From assembly GCA_963765495.1 (NCBI GenBank), contig CAVXWP010000002.1, positions 1 to 64,000 of the forward strand: a stretch of 64,000 bases of DNA, in the 5' to 3' direction. Of the stretch, positions 30,717 through 41,867 are shown in pieces. The translations under genes were made by a program, and so were the position numbers. Under the pieces are notes generated by a model that was given only the letters and a program-made list of their open reading frames with translations, was not told the DNA's origin and did no database searches. This DNA is from Blastocatellia bacterium. Lineage in GTDB: Bacteria > Acidobacteriota > Blastocatellia > UBA7656. The stretch's first letter is position 1. Every line of letters begins with the position of its first letter.

Positions 30717-31784
30717 ATGACCTCGATTCGCCCGCTTGAGCGAACCCTTGCTGAAAATATAGATTGGAACAAAGCCCGCATCAACTTCCTAGCGAAGTTT
30801 CTCATCGCTTTGATCCAAGTCTGCTCTGTTAATCTTGCTGAGATTGCTTCGGTCTTCCCTGGTCGCGCTAAAGAAGGATCGCACTACAAACGCATCCAGC
30901 GATTCTTGCGTGGCTTCCAGATCAGCTATGCAGAGATCGCCGTCTTGATCGTCTCGCTTATGGGCTTGCCCTCTCCCTGGGTGCTGACTTTGGATCGCAC
31001 CAACTGGCAACTCGGCAAAACGCCCTTGAATATTTTGGTACTCGGCATTGTCTACAAAGGAGTGGCGATACCAGTGCTGTGGACGATCCTTGAGAAAAAA
31101 GGGAACTCCAACACGGCTGAACGCATAGCGATAATGGAGGAATTCATCGGCTTGTTCGGCGCTGCTTCGATCCTCTATTTGTGTGCAGACAGGGAGTTTA
31201 TTGGCAAGACGTGGTTTGAGTGGTTGCAGCGCAATCACATTAATTTCCGCATTCGCATTCGAGAGAACACGCTTTTGCCAAACGGTCGTGGGGAGTTGGT
31301 AGCGGCGCGGCGACTGTTCCGCTCTCAGGCAATCAATAAGGCGTTGATCTTCGACAAGCCACGACTGATCTGGGGGCTGGAGTTGTTTGTGAGTGGGATG
31401 CGACTTGAAAGTGGTGAATATCTGATTTTGGTTGCGCCAGACTACTCAGTAACGGCGATAGAAGATTATGCAAAACGATGGGAAATTGAAACATTGTTTG
31501 GGTGTTTGAAGAGTCGTGGTTTCCGGCTTGAGGAAACACACGTCATTGAGCCAGAGAGGTTGAAGAAGTTGATAGCGTTGATGGCCTTGGCGTTTTGTTG
31601 GGCGCATGTAGTGGGTGAGTGGTTGAGCCGACAAAAAGCCCTCAAGATCAAAAAGCATGGGCGAATGGCAAAGAGTATATTTCGATATGGATTGAATCAT
31701 TTGCGGCGCATATTATGCAATCTTTCGGATCGCCTCCAACAGATTGCTTTTAGACAAGTTACTCAACTTTTGTCATGTACTTAG
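30717..31784 (+). CDS. IS4 family transposase
   Basis: LDRTNW, ADREF and YAKRWEIETLFGCLKSRGF motifs. Confidence 0.93.
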   Translation: MTSIRPLERTLAENIDWNKARINFLAKFLIALIQVCSVNLAEIASVFPGRAKEGSHYKRIQRFLRGFQISYAEIAVLIVSLMGLPSPWVLTLDRTNWQLGKTPLNILVLGIVYKGVAIPVLWTILEKKGNSNTAERIAIMEEFIGLFGAASILYLCADREFIGKTWFEWLQRNHINFRIRIRENTLLPNGRGELVAARRLFRSQAINKALIFDKPRLIWGLELFVSGMRLESGEYLILVAPDYSVTAIEDYAKRWEIETLFGCLKSRGFRLEETHVIEPERLKKLIALMALAFCWAHVVGEWLSRQKALKIKKHGRMAKSIFRYGLNHLRRILCNLSDRLQQIAFRQVTQLLSCT

Positions 31785-32477
31785 ATTTGGGGGAATCAAT
31801 TCATATCCGCTTTCGGCATTAGGGTTAAGCCTATAGTACTCTCCTTGTGACCACTTCATACCATCATCAAAGATAACGTATTCAATTCTGATTACGACCT
31901 GATTTAAGTCAACAAGTTGGAAATTGCGGGATGCCAGGAAATCCTTAATAATGTTCAGGTGATGAGGTGACAATGTAAAATTGAAAGTATCTCCTGATTC
32001 TAGAGCCAAAGGAGACTCAGATTTTGAACTGTTTGCTAATGCTTTTGGATGTATACCTATACCTAACTGATTGTAGACCATCATTGGGCCATTATTTATA
32101 GTTTCGGGGAAATCCAGTTCGACGCTAATATACGTCATTCGCTTTGGTGTCAAATTTTTAATACTGAATTGAAGATTCTCAATCCAATCTGCAGCTTCAC
32201 CTCCTGCCTGTTTAGCTAACGAACTGAAACTAAATTTCTTTTTGAGATCAACCCGGGTGTTCTTTACCTTTAAGTTGGCAAATTGGAAGGGTTCATTAGG
32301 AAATTCTTTTTTCTCAATGACTTTTTCATCTGATTGTCTCAATAAGGTTGATGTACTCGCTGTTACCGTAACATCACTTGGCCGCAATGCAAATCCAAAT
32401 ATTGCTGAGAGGATACAGGCTAATACAACAATGAGGATCTTTTTGAATCGATCTAAGCTAGATTTTTGCATTATCAT
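31785..32477 (-). CDS. Secreted hypothetical protein; C-terminus runs into the IS end
   Basis: N-terminal TM; YVIFDDGMKW; the stop codon lies inside the IS. Confidence 0.7.
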
Positions 32478-32590
32478 TTTGCGCCTCTCCGTTAGCAGTT
32501 ATCCGAATACCGAGAATAGGTTTCTAAGACCATCAAACAATTTAATTGTAAGATGGGTTGATTGCCATAACTATAGTGTGAGGCTAGCGA

Positions 32591-32619
32591 TTATTACCAC
32601 AATTGTTTATATCTGTCAA
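32591..32619 (-). promoter_or_regulatory. sigma70-like promoter
   Basis: TTGACA-17 bp-TAATAA(T) on the minus strand, upstream of 32477. Confidence 0.55.
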
Positions 32620-33260
32620 AGAAAAATTCAATTAGCTTTCAGTATTTTGTATTAATAAGGATATGCAGGTTCTGTATTGCGGTCAAATATTATGGAAGTT
32701 CTCTCGATTACAGGAGTATTTATTGGACTGCTGGCAGGTATTTTGTGCAGGAAGACCTATGCTGCTTAATCTTCTAATGCACCTTGCTGGTAATGAACAA
32801 TTAGGTACAATGCCAGTCAGACCAAATTGATCTAGCAAGCGAGCAGTTGCGGCGATGGGTCTGTTGTCTCGACAGGTGACTTGCCGCGATGTTCTGCCTT
32901 TCAATTCATGATCAGACCTTGAACTTCCTCGCCCCGTCAGAAGGCCTAACCTTGGCATTCAGCGGACCCGCATTCCAACATCGCATTATCCCTTTGCTGC
33001 TGGCGGGCCGCTGATGCCTGCGTTAGGCTCGCTCAGGACTAACCACGTCAGCGGTATGGATAATTCTAAGGAAATCTGATTCTTCCGTTAAAGCCTGACA
33101 ACGGACGATGCTCTGATTTATCTACCTTAGATTAGCTCTTGATCTTCCGTACATCTATTGAGCAATTAGACTATTTCCTGCAATACTACTCTCTATAATC
33201 GAATGCGCATGCAGATCATCAGTAAATTGGCTAATTTGGAGATTACCAAAGGAGAAGTCA

Positions 33261-33884
33261 ATGAACTTAGACCCAATAACGACTGCCTTAACTAAGGGTG
33301 GAGTAGAAGAAGGCGTAAAGGCCGCAAAACCTCTTTTGGAGAAGCTTTGCGGGCCAGCGTTGGAGGAACTCGGTTTGCTCCTACAGGATCGAGCACGTGT
33401 ATATCGCTTGAAGAATCAATTGCGTATTTTGAGCAAGGTACAAATTATGCTGCGAGAAGCAGGGACCACTGTGCAAGCAGTCCCACTACGTACTTTACTG
33501 CCTCTTCTTGAAGGTGCAGCTCTCGAAGATAGTAAAATGTTGTCTGACATGTGGGCCGGCCTACTTGCCAGCGCGGCTAGTTTCGGAGAGTCTGAATCCA
33601 TTCATCCAAGTTTTCCCAGAATTCTTAGCGAGCTAACACCACGTGAGGCCCATATATTGGATAAAGTCTATCAAGATGAGTTTGAGAAGATTTGGGAGCC
33701 ATTTCGCGAGGAGCTTGCAAACGAATTCGAAATCTCTCTTGATGAAGTAAATCAAGCACAAGGTAATTTATTCCGTTTAGGACTGTGCCATCTCTCAAGC
33801 AGTCCAAAGGGTACACTCCTCAAACTGAGCGCATTCGGTCGACAATTTCTCAAATCCGCATATGGTCCGATACAAAAGAGGTAA
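33261..33884 (+). CDS. Abi-alpha (DUF4393)-like protein
   Basis: LEDSKMLSDMWAGLLASA...HPSFPRILSELTPREAHIL...LSAFGRQF. Confidence 0.8.
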   Translation: MNLDPITTALTKGGVEEGVKAAKPLLEKLCGPALEELGLLLQDRARVYRLKNQLRILSKVQIMLREAGTTVQAVPLRTLLPLLEGAALEDSKMLSDMWAGLLASAASFGESESIHPSFPRILSELTPREAHILDKVYQDEFEKIWEPFREELANEFEISLDEVNQAQGNLFRLGLCHLSSSPKGTLLKLSAFGRQFLKSAYGPIQKR

Positions 33885-34018
33885 ACAAAGAGAAGTAGGA
33901 AAAGAAAACTTGGATTATTCATCCTTCAAGCGAGCCTAACTGCTCAATCAACCGGACGCGCATTCCAACTATGCAGTTTCCCTCAACCGCCAGCGCGCCG
34001 GTTATCTCGGCGTTAGGC

Positions 34019-34410
34019 GTCAATCTCAAAAGCGACACTACTCAACAAGCAGTGATGCGTAAACTTCATCAGGTCAGATATCGTGAGGACAGCTACTTGC
34101 TCGCTTCTTATCCCTCTTTACCCGATACTGCTTTCTCCCGATCCAGACATTTCAGCACTGCTCAAAGATTAACCTGCATCTCAATGATTCCTTCGCAGTT
34201 GAATTGCCTGTTGAGGAATGTGGCAGAACAAACCTGATTGGCAATGACGAACTGGCACATCAATAGGCTTCCTCGACGATAGCCAGGAAAACCTGCCACA
34301 GAAAAGAAGGTAGCAACATGGAGAAATAGGAAAACTGTGCCGAAACAGGAGATGAGAAATGGAGGAATATGGTAAGCAAACAGGAAGAAGATGAAGCGGC
34401 GAAGGAATCC
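34019..34410 (+). other. ORF-less cassette family A (copy 10)
   Basis: Family A motifs in plus orientation. Confidence 0.8.
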
Positions 34411-34710
34411 GCCTAACTGCTCATTCCAGCGGACGCGCATTCCAACGATTCATTATCCCGAGGCTACTGGCGCGCCGCTGAACTCGTCGTTAGGCTCACT
34501 CGGTCACCCGGAAAGACTTGGATTATTGAATCTGATAGTCCTTTCTTTTCCTTTGTGCTTGCAATACCTCAAAAGCCCTCGCCATTGATTACTCAGGCAA
34601 ATTTGTCTGCCTAACTCAATCTCACATCTTCCTAAAGGTCTTCCTATTCTCATTCTTCGTTTGAATTCTTATTGCGTTTTCCATTAACCTCATTCAAGGA
34701 GACTTCTTTT

Positions 34711-34953
34711 ATGAAAATTATTAGCTTCGTCTTTAATGCATCTCTCTTGATCATGGGTGTAATTCTTTTATCAATATACGGATTACGGACTCGTGATTTA
34801 TTTATTGCGTGTTTTTTGATGCTATCTGTCGCAACGCCTGTTGTCACATTGTTTGCATTATACCTTGATAAAGCCCCTTCATGGCTATCGCTTTACTTCA
34901 AACGAAAAGCAGAAGAAGAAAAACAAAGAATAAGAGAACTTGGAAGCACTTAG
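34711..34953 (+). CDS. Small membrane protein (cassette)
   Basis: AAGGAG RBS, two TM segments, ends before attC. Confidence 0.7.
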   Translation: MKIISFVFNASLLIMGVILLSIYGLRTRDLFIACFLMLSVATPVVTLFALYLDKAPSWLSLYFKRKAEEEKQRIRELGST

Positions 34954-35308
34954 AACTGGACTCAGCCTAACTGCTCATTCCAGCGGACGCGCGTGCCAAC
35001 CGCTCGCGTTCCACCAGCTACCGGCGCGCCGCTGAACTCGTCGTTAGGCTCGCGTGCGCACAGCAAGCAATCGCCTATATTCGCTCGCAATCTTCTCTGA
35101 TCTGTATTACACTGACCACCGATGTCAGGAAAGCGGGCTGATTCGGCCTACAGGCCGACAATGCCAAGATGTTTGTTTATGCAATAACCTGATGGTTTAT
35201 GGAAGAACAAACTTGTTTGTCCATAGAGAAACTTGTTTATGAATGAAAAAACTTGGCTTGTGGGTCTATTTCATGGTTGGGCCGCCTTCAATCTCTAACT
35301 AGGTACTT

Positions 35309-36091
35309 ATGACCTTCAGGATCAGACTCTTTGTGGTCTTATTGATTGCAGGCTTCACAGGCCCTCTCTCATTCCTTCTCGTCGACCTATCGGAACTCCT
35401 GGCCGTTTTGCCGGTAACGGAGAGCGCAAGAATGCCATTCTCTCCTTTATCACTAAAACTATTGAGCCTGATTCAACCCACAGTCCTTCTATCGCTCGCG
35501 GTATTTGTCGGAGTCTCACTGGCTCCGAAGGTCGGCCTATTTACGCCGGCGTTCGAAGCGTGGGCGCGACGCGATAATTTCATGACAGCCCTGAATCCGC
35601 AAATCATTCCGGGCTTGATTGGCGGTGCAGTTGGCGGCGTTGCAGTCATTTTGGGCTGGGTCCTGGCGAAACCATTTCTGCCACCGGAGTTTGTTATGCG
35701 CGCAGTGGAGTTAAACCGAGTACTCCCGGTTCCAACTCGGCTGCTTTACGGAGGCATCACCGAAGAATTACTGCTGCGGTGGGGAGTGCTGACCTTTTTG
35801 GTGTGGGCCGCGTGGCGACTCTTTCAGAAACGGCAAGGCCAGCCACGAGGCGTTTACTTCGTCAGCGCAATTGTAATCTCGTCCGTCATTTTTGGTTTAG
35901 GTCATCTACCACTTGTAGTCGCGCTCGGTAGCGACTTCACGGCGGCGATAGTCTTGTACATCGTCTCCGCGAATTCAGTATTCGGTTTGATAGCCGGATA
36001 TCTCTATTGGCGCAAAGGGCTGGAAGCCGCCATTGTGGCTCACATGATGGCTCATGTCGTGATAGTGTCGGCGAGTTATTTCGAGAGGTGA
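35309..36091 (+). CDS. CPBP family (Abi/CAAX) intramembrane protease
   Basis: EELLLR, FGLGH and AHMMAH motifs. Confidence 0.9.
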   Translation: MTFRIRLFVVLLIAGFTGPLSFLLVDLSELLAVLPVTESARMPFSPLSLKLLSLIQPTVLLSLAVFVGVSLAPKVGLFTPAFEAWARRDNFMTALNPQIIPGLIGGAVGGVAVILGWVLAKPFLPPEFVMRAVELNRVLPVPTRLLYGGITEELLLRWGVLTFLVWAAWRLFQKRQGQPRGVYFVSAIVISSVIFGLGHLPLVVALGSDFTAAIVLYIVSANSVFGLIAGYLYWRKGLEAAIVAHMMAHVVIVSASYFER

Positions 36092-36352
36092 GGAGCCGTA
36101 GTGTGGCCGGGGTTGCGGTCACTGTTGGGGTCTTCGGTTGCGAAAGCGTCGGCGGCTGGCTATCGGCGGTGACTTCAACGCGGCCCAACTCCCGCGTGGA
36201 CCGAAGCGACGCGATCCAGTTTTGACGTGAACCTTGAGCGTTACACGCGTCGCTCGGTCACGCAAACGTTAGGCTCGCTCGGTGACTACGAAAACACTGA
36301 TTGGGGCAATCCAAAGTATTTTCCGTTTTTCAATCTCCTTAAGAAATAGTGA

Positions 36353-37237
36353 TTGAATATCTGGCTTATTCTTCGTAGAATCATAGCTCTTTCGTATGCT
36401 TACAAGGCTCTTGGGCATCTGACGACCTCCAAATGCCTTGAACAGCCAGAAGAGTTTAATATGGTGGATTGGATTTGGAAACGTCTAGCAGTACATCCAC
36501 AAGACATTCTCGGCGCTGCACACACAATTGATGTAGGTTCGGGAAGATTTGTGTTTGATTTGATTCCTAATTGGACAAGTGCCGAAGCATATTTATCCTG
36601 GGCCAAGAATGCATTAATTCAAAATGATGAGTTTGGATGGGATGCAGCAGTTTGCTATGCGAAACGTGCAGCCTGCCGACAAATTGATGCTTTTATTGTT
36701 ACCAACCATTTGGGCAATTTCTCTAGGAGGCCGTACCCAGAAAAAATGGAATTACTTTCTCAGATAGGATTAGCAGTCCCCGATATACTCCATGAATTGA
36801 TAATCGAGCCACGTAATGAAATCGAGCATAGATATGAGGCAACCACTTCTGGTCAAGCCAAGCGGTCTGTAGAACTTGCAGATTTATTTCTTCGAGCATT
36901 TTCGGAAGAAATGGAGCATAAACCCATCATTTCATTCGGGTGGTCAATCAGCATTCGGGCCGAATCTATGTCTACGCCGGATATTGAATACGAACACATT
37001 GAATTCAAACTGACTCATCGAAATTCCCCCATGCTGCTGATCACCTGTTGGGAAGAGAGTCCTCAGGTAATGATAATCCATCCCAAAGATGAAGAACTAA
37101 TGATTTCACCTCTTAGACTCTTCAATAAGAATGAAGCAATAGAGTTAGCAAGTTTGTTGAGAACGCACGAGAGGTACTCAGGTTGGCAACTTAAAACAGA
37201 ATGGATTACAAAGCTCAAACAGGATTTGAGTTTATAG
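36353..37237 (+). CDS. Hypothetical protein (possible HEPN-like RNEIEH motif)
   Basis: Long ORF filling the cassette; Rx4H motif; start codon uncertain. Confidence 0.65.
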   Translation: MNIWLILRRIIALSYAYKALGHLTTSKCLEQPEEFNMVDWIWKRLAVHPQDILGAAHTIDVGSGRFVFDLIPNWTSAEAYLSWAKNALIQNDEFGWDAAVCYAKRAACRQIDAFIVTNHLGNFSRRPYPEKMELLSQIGLAVPDILHELIIEPRNEIEHRYEATTSGQAKRSVELADLFLRAFSEEMEHKPIISFGWSISIRAESMSTPDIEYEHIEFKLTHRNSPMLLITCWEESPQVMIIHPKDEELMISPLRLFNKNEAIELASLLRTHERYSGWQLKTEWITKLKQDLSL

Positions 37238-37462
37238 GAGCTGAAGACATCTCAACAAGAATCGAAAGCGTATAGGACCGAAAAGAGCAATCGTGTATTT
37301 GGATGGATTTAGAATAGACAAGGGAGGCAGCCTAACTGCTCATTCCAGCGGACGCGCATACCAACGTTTCGTGTTCCATCAACTACCAGCGCGCCGCTGA
37401 ATTCGTCGTTAGGCTCACTCAGTCGCCTCGTCATCTATTCACTATCAGTGTATTATCTTCAT

Positions 37463-38185
37463 ATGAAGCTTCCAGTCATTCAGGGCATTATTGACCGTCG
37501 TATCTTGGTTAACTATCAGGTTGAGCCAAGTATCTTGACTAGCCTTCTTCCTCCTCCCTTTCAACCCAAACTTATCAACAATGTCGGCATTGCTGGTGTT
37601 TGCCTTATTCGCCTCAAAAATATTAGGCCCCATTTCATGCCCTCCCCCTTTGGCCTGACTTCTGAAAATGCTGCCTATCGATTCGCTGTACAATGGAAAG
37701 AAGAGAATACATTTCGTGAAGGCGTCTATATTCCCCGACGAGATACTTCTTCTCGACTCAATACTGTTGCCGGAGGTCGATTATTCCCAGGTGTTTATCA
37801 CCATGCAAATTTCCTAGTCATTGAGCAACCAACCCGTTTTCAAGTTGAACTAAAAAGCGATGATGGTAAGACGCATTTGTGTGTAAAGGGGCATACCTGT
37901 TCAGACATCCCTGATTCTTCGATGTTTCGGTCACTGGCCGAGGCATCCAACTTTTTTGAGACAGGGTCATTGGGATATTCAGCAACATCACAACCCGGGA
38001 AGTATGAAGGGATGGAGTTGCGGAGTTTCAATTGGAAAGTTGAACCATTGGCAATTGAAGAAGTGAGGTCGAGTTACTTTGAAAATAGAGAAATCTTCCC
38101 AGAAGGGACAGTGAAGTTTGACTGTGCGCTATTGATGCGAGAGATTACACATGAGTGGCACACGCGAGAACCGATAAGTGTTTGA
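37463..38185 (+). CDS. DUF2071-like protein
   Basis: IDRRILVNY...AGVCLIRL...SENAAYRFAV...FDCALLM. Confidence 0.8.
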   Translation: MKLPVIQGIIDRRILVNYQVEPSILTSLLPPPFQPKLINNVGIAGVCLIRLKNIRPHFMPSPFGLTSENAAYRFAVQWKEENTFREGVYIPRRDTSSRLNTVAGGRLFPGVYHHANFLVIEQPTRFQVELKSDDGKTHLCVKGHTCSDIPDSSMFRSLAEASNFFETGSLGYSATSQPGKYEGMELRSFNWKVEPLAIEEVRSSYFENREIFPEGTVKFDCALLMREITHEWHTREPISV

Positions 38186-38540
38186 AAAGTGTGGGTAAAA
38201 TTCCCTCAATCAGATGAAGAATGTTGGCCCTGGCCAGAGCCTAACTGCTCATTCCAGCGGACGCGCTTGCCACCTCATCATTATCCCGCTGCTACCAGCG
38301 CGCCGCTGAATTCGTTGTTAGGCTCTCGCTGTGATAACCGGAACCCTGATATGGAAAATCTACAGATTATCAATTTCTTTCAGCCAGATAGAACTTGCAC
38401 ATTTGATTAGATGAACTATTCGAAGTAGAATCATCTCGCTTTCTGGTATTCCTTTGGCAAGTTGGGTGGTTATCAAAATCTTTGTTGGCCGCGCAACTTT
38501 GTCTGTGATTGTTTATGACTGCTTCAAGGAGATCTTCTTC

Positions 38541-38936
38541 ATGGCTAGAGTCTTAGGTGTTGGCGGTATCTTCTTCAAATCACCTGATCCAGAGAAACTA
38601 TATCAATGGTATGAGCGTTGGCTTGGCTTTAAGGCAGAACCACAATCAGGCTTTGGATTCCAACCGCACGACATGCCCAAGCATAGCCTAACCGTATGGA
38701 GCGCCTTTGAATCCTCAACGAAGTACTTCTCTCCTTCTGCAAAAGAGTTCATGTTCAACTTGGTTGTGGATGATTTGAGAGAGGCACTCACTCAGGTGGA
38801 GGAAGGCGGTGCCCAGATCATCGGCGTAATAGAGGAATACGAATACGGAAAATTTGGATGGTTTATGGACCCGGATGGGAACAAAGTGGAACTTTGGGAG
38901 CCACCAACTGACGAGCAAAAAACTCTTAAGCCATAG
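38541..38936 (+). CDS. VOC/glyoxalase family protein
   Basis: GVGGIFFKS...YGKFGWFMDPDGNKVELWE. Confidence 0.92.
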   Translation: MARVLGVGGIFFKSPDPEKLYQWYERWLGFKAEPQSGFGFQPHDMPKHSLTVWSAFESSTKYFSPSAKEFMFNLVVDDLREALTQVEEGGAQIIGVIEEYEYGKFGWFMDPDGNKVELWEPPTDEQKTLKP

Positions 38937-39209
38937 TCCGTGGCTAAGGCGACAGAAAAGCGGATGATTCATAATTCATGAGATGTAATCGCCCAGGGTG
39001 TAGCCTAACTGCTCATTCCAGCGGACGCGCGTGCCAACTACTCATTATCCCGAGGCTACCGGCGCGCCGCTGAACTCGTCGTTAGGCTCTTTCATAAACC
39101 ATCGTAGAATTCCTTCATTAATAAAGCCATTACTTTGTTAATTGCCTATCAAAATTCTTTCACGACTTGCAACCCATTTGGCAATATGTAAAATAAAGTT
39201 CCGGAATGA

Positions 39210-40852
39210 CAGCGATTCCCGGTGAGGAGATAGGTATCTGACTCAATAAGTCGCTCAACTTACAAAAGACAAACCCTTCTCATCGCTCCAAGTCTCTGGA
39301 CGCCTGTTTTCACTTCCTTTCCTTTCTGTTTGTTTCTTCTTTCTCCTCCTCTTCCTCTCTGTTGGATGGTTCTCTTTTGGCCGCTCCCTTGCCCCGGCCT
39401 GGGCTTCCTCTTTATCCACTATCTTCTTCCAACTCTGGATCATACTCTGCAAGCAACTGTGCCCAACTCTCTACCAAGAATCTGTGAAAACAGTATTTCA
39501 ATTCCTGCCACATCTCTCTCAATGTCCATTTCTCTCTCAGCTTACGGTAGGTTCTATCGCTTCTCTCCAACACTTTGTGCACCACGAAGGCCAGCAGATT
39601 CAGATAGTAGAAGACCTCACTCAAGCTCTTGCTTCCGTGTCCGAAGTTATGCTCCAACTCATAGCCTCCGTTTTTGTGTATGTTGAAATGCTCGTTTTCT
39701 ATCTTCCATCTCCCTCTTCCTATCCAGATTATTTCCGAAACATTCTCTGAGGTAACTTCAAGATTTGTCACCCAGGTCGAGTGATAGATTTGCCTGCCTT
39801 CTTTGTTTGTTTCCCACACTTCTATAAAGGTCACCCAATTCTTACGAGCCTGACTCATCGGCATCTCCCGTACAATTCTCCATCTGAAATACCTTCGCTT
39901 GGCTTTGGGTCCTTCCTGCCAATTACCTCGCTCGACCCACTCTCCTACAGCTTCTGCTTCTTCTACCCACTCGAAGGTCTCTTTGTGCGAGGTGGGTTTA
40001 ACTGATAGCAAAAAAGGCAGTTGCAACTCATTGAGTTGCTCGATCAAGGGTTCTGATGAAAAGATCGCATCGCCAAGGATCAACATATCGAGTTTGGGAT
40101 GCTCTCGACGCAGGCGTGCAAGCAATCGCTTTGCTGCATTGATCTCACAGTCCTGTTTGGCTTGGCCGTCAGTGTTTCTTATAGGCTCGGCATCTATTGG
40201 CAAGATAGAGTGCGTTCGGCTCTTGAAGAGAGTCGCCGCCAAGATAGAATGACGGTAGCAGACAGAGCCGTCATCCGTTGTGCGACGAAGACAGCCCGGA
40301 CAGTTGATAGCTGTTGAAGAGAAGTAATCCGTGCCATCTATAGCCACCGGGTAGAATCGTTTACCCAAAGCCAAAGACGTGCGCCAGTCCCAGACCCAGC
40401 CCGAACGGCGGTAACGCTGAAAGATCAAGGCAAGCAAGCGACGAAGAGGCTCTGTGTCAGCGCCATCGAGAATCTCGCGCAATTGAGTATCAGAGGGAAC
40501 CGCTTTAACGCCGAAGATAGTTTCGAGATTGCAGCGCCCCTTTCTTTGTTTGAGCCGATGCTGAAAATGAAGCAAGGAAGGATGATGAAAAAAGAAGATA
40601 GCAAAGGCCGAAAGTATAGAGTCGCGCAGAGAGTAGTTGATGCGCTGAGGATTACGGCGATCAGCGAGACGTTCAAAAGTGCGCGAAAGCAAAGCGACGA
40701 CAGATTCAAAAGAGAGATGAATAGGAGTACGCATAGGCAAATCTTGCCGCTAACTCGTCGGCAAGCCAAGTCAGAATGAAGGAAAAGTTCGCAATTTGAT
40801 CTTTTACAAAGTGGCAGGGTTGTTGTACTTCTCCTCAAACCGGGAATTGCTG
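39210..40852 (-). mobile_element. ISNCY-like DDE element
   Basis: TIR CAGCGATTCCCGGT / ACCGGGAATTGCTG; 9-bp DR CCGGAATGA. Confidence 0.88.
39412..40740 (-). CDS. DDE transposase (ISNCY-like)
   Basis: AIDGT, KQDCEINAAKR, LGDAIF and GRGRWKIENEHFN motifs. Confidence 0.9.
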   Translation of the reverse strand: MPMRTPIHLSFESVVALLSRTFERLADRRNPQRINYSLRDSILSAFAIFFFHHPSLLHFQHRLKQRKGRCNLETIFGVKAVPSDTQLREILDGADTEPLRRLLALIFQRYRRSGWVWDWRTSLALGKRFYPVAIDGTDYFSSTAINCPGCLRRTTDDGSVCYRHSILAATLFKSRTHSILPIDAEPIRNTDGQAKQDCEINAAKRLLARLRREHPKLDMLILGDAIFSSEPLIEQLNELQLPFLLSVKPTSHKETFEWVEEAEAVGEWVERGNWQEGPKAKRRYFRWRIVREMPMSQARKNWVTFIEVWETNKEGRQIYHSTWVTNLEVTSENVSEIIWIGRGRWKIENEHFNIHKNGGYELEHNFGHGSKSLSEVFYYLNLLAFVVHKVLERSDRTYRKLREKWTLREMWQELKYCFHRFLVESWAQLLAEYDPELEEDSG

Positions 40853-41867
40853 CCGGAATGATGGTCTACAGATAGGAGTAGAATGACTGGTATACAATGG
40901 GAAAAACTGACTCCGCGCCAATTTGAGGAGTTCGTTCACAGGCTTGTTGAGGCTATGAACTTTGAAGCGGTCACTTATTGGGGAGGTCCAGGTGATCGAG
41001 GCAGGGATATCGTTGCTTACCAGCCACCAAGTATCCCTGGTATTCGCCCAGCAAGCCGAAAATGGATTTTTCAATGCAAACGTTGTAAGCGATTAACCCA
41101 ATCCGAAATCAATAATGAGCTATCCAATTTCATCTCAGATGATATTGATACTTGGATACTTGTCACTACAGTCAGTCCTTCGCCTGGCTTAAGAAGATGG
41201 TTTGAAAAATTGGACAAATCAGTTAATTATCATTTTCATGTGGAAGCGTGGTGGAGAGAGGAAATAGAAGGTTATGCTCGGAAGTATGGGCGAGCACTCT
41301 TAAACAGCCTCCCCTCAGATGTATTGACTCTTCTGGATCTTCCCAAAGAGCTAGATTTGCTGACCCAGGTGGGGTTGATACCCTTACAGCAAGATGCCGT
41401 GACATAACGAACTCTCAAGTAGAGCGATTCGCTAAGGGGAAGTATATTCCGAAGCTTTATATTCGCAGACAACTCCAGGAAAGACTGACTCTATTTCATA
41501 GTTCGGAGGCTGAGCTAGCTAAATTGCTCAAGTCAAATAGTATACACTCAATAAAGGAGGAGATATTACAAATTGAAGATTATTTGAAATCCTTTCCATT
41601 GAAAGGTGTAGAAAAAGAAAGAGGGCACGAGCATCCGGTTATTCAAGAAGCAAGACCGCCTGATTTTAGGAGTGAAGTTGATTTTCTAAACAGTTTATTT
41701 AGTCGATCAAAAAACTGGATTAATAAACTGGTCCAGTCTGTTAATCTCCTACTTGAAACTGCGCAGGCTCTTTCGGAGTCTGTTTATTTCGATAAACAAG
41801 GCGACCATTTAAGATTATGCGAACGTATAAATGCTGTTGTATCCGTTTTGAAGTCCATGCCTAAGAC

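Larger units (their letters stand above)
29069..31784 (+). mobile_element. IS4-family element (carries nested IS66); no target duplication
   Basis: TIR CTAAGTACAGGACAAAA / TTTTGTCATGTACTTAG; the two flanks differ. Confidence 0.85.
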
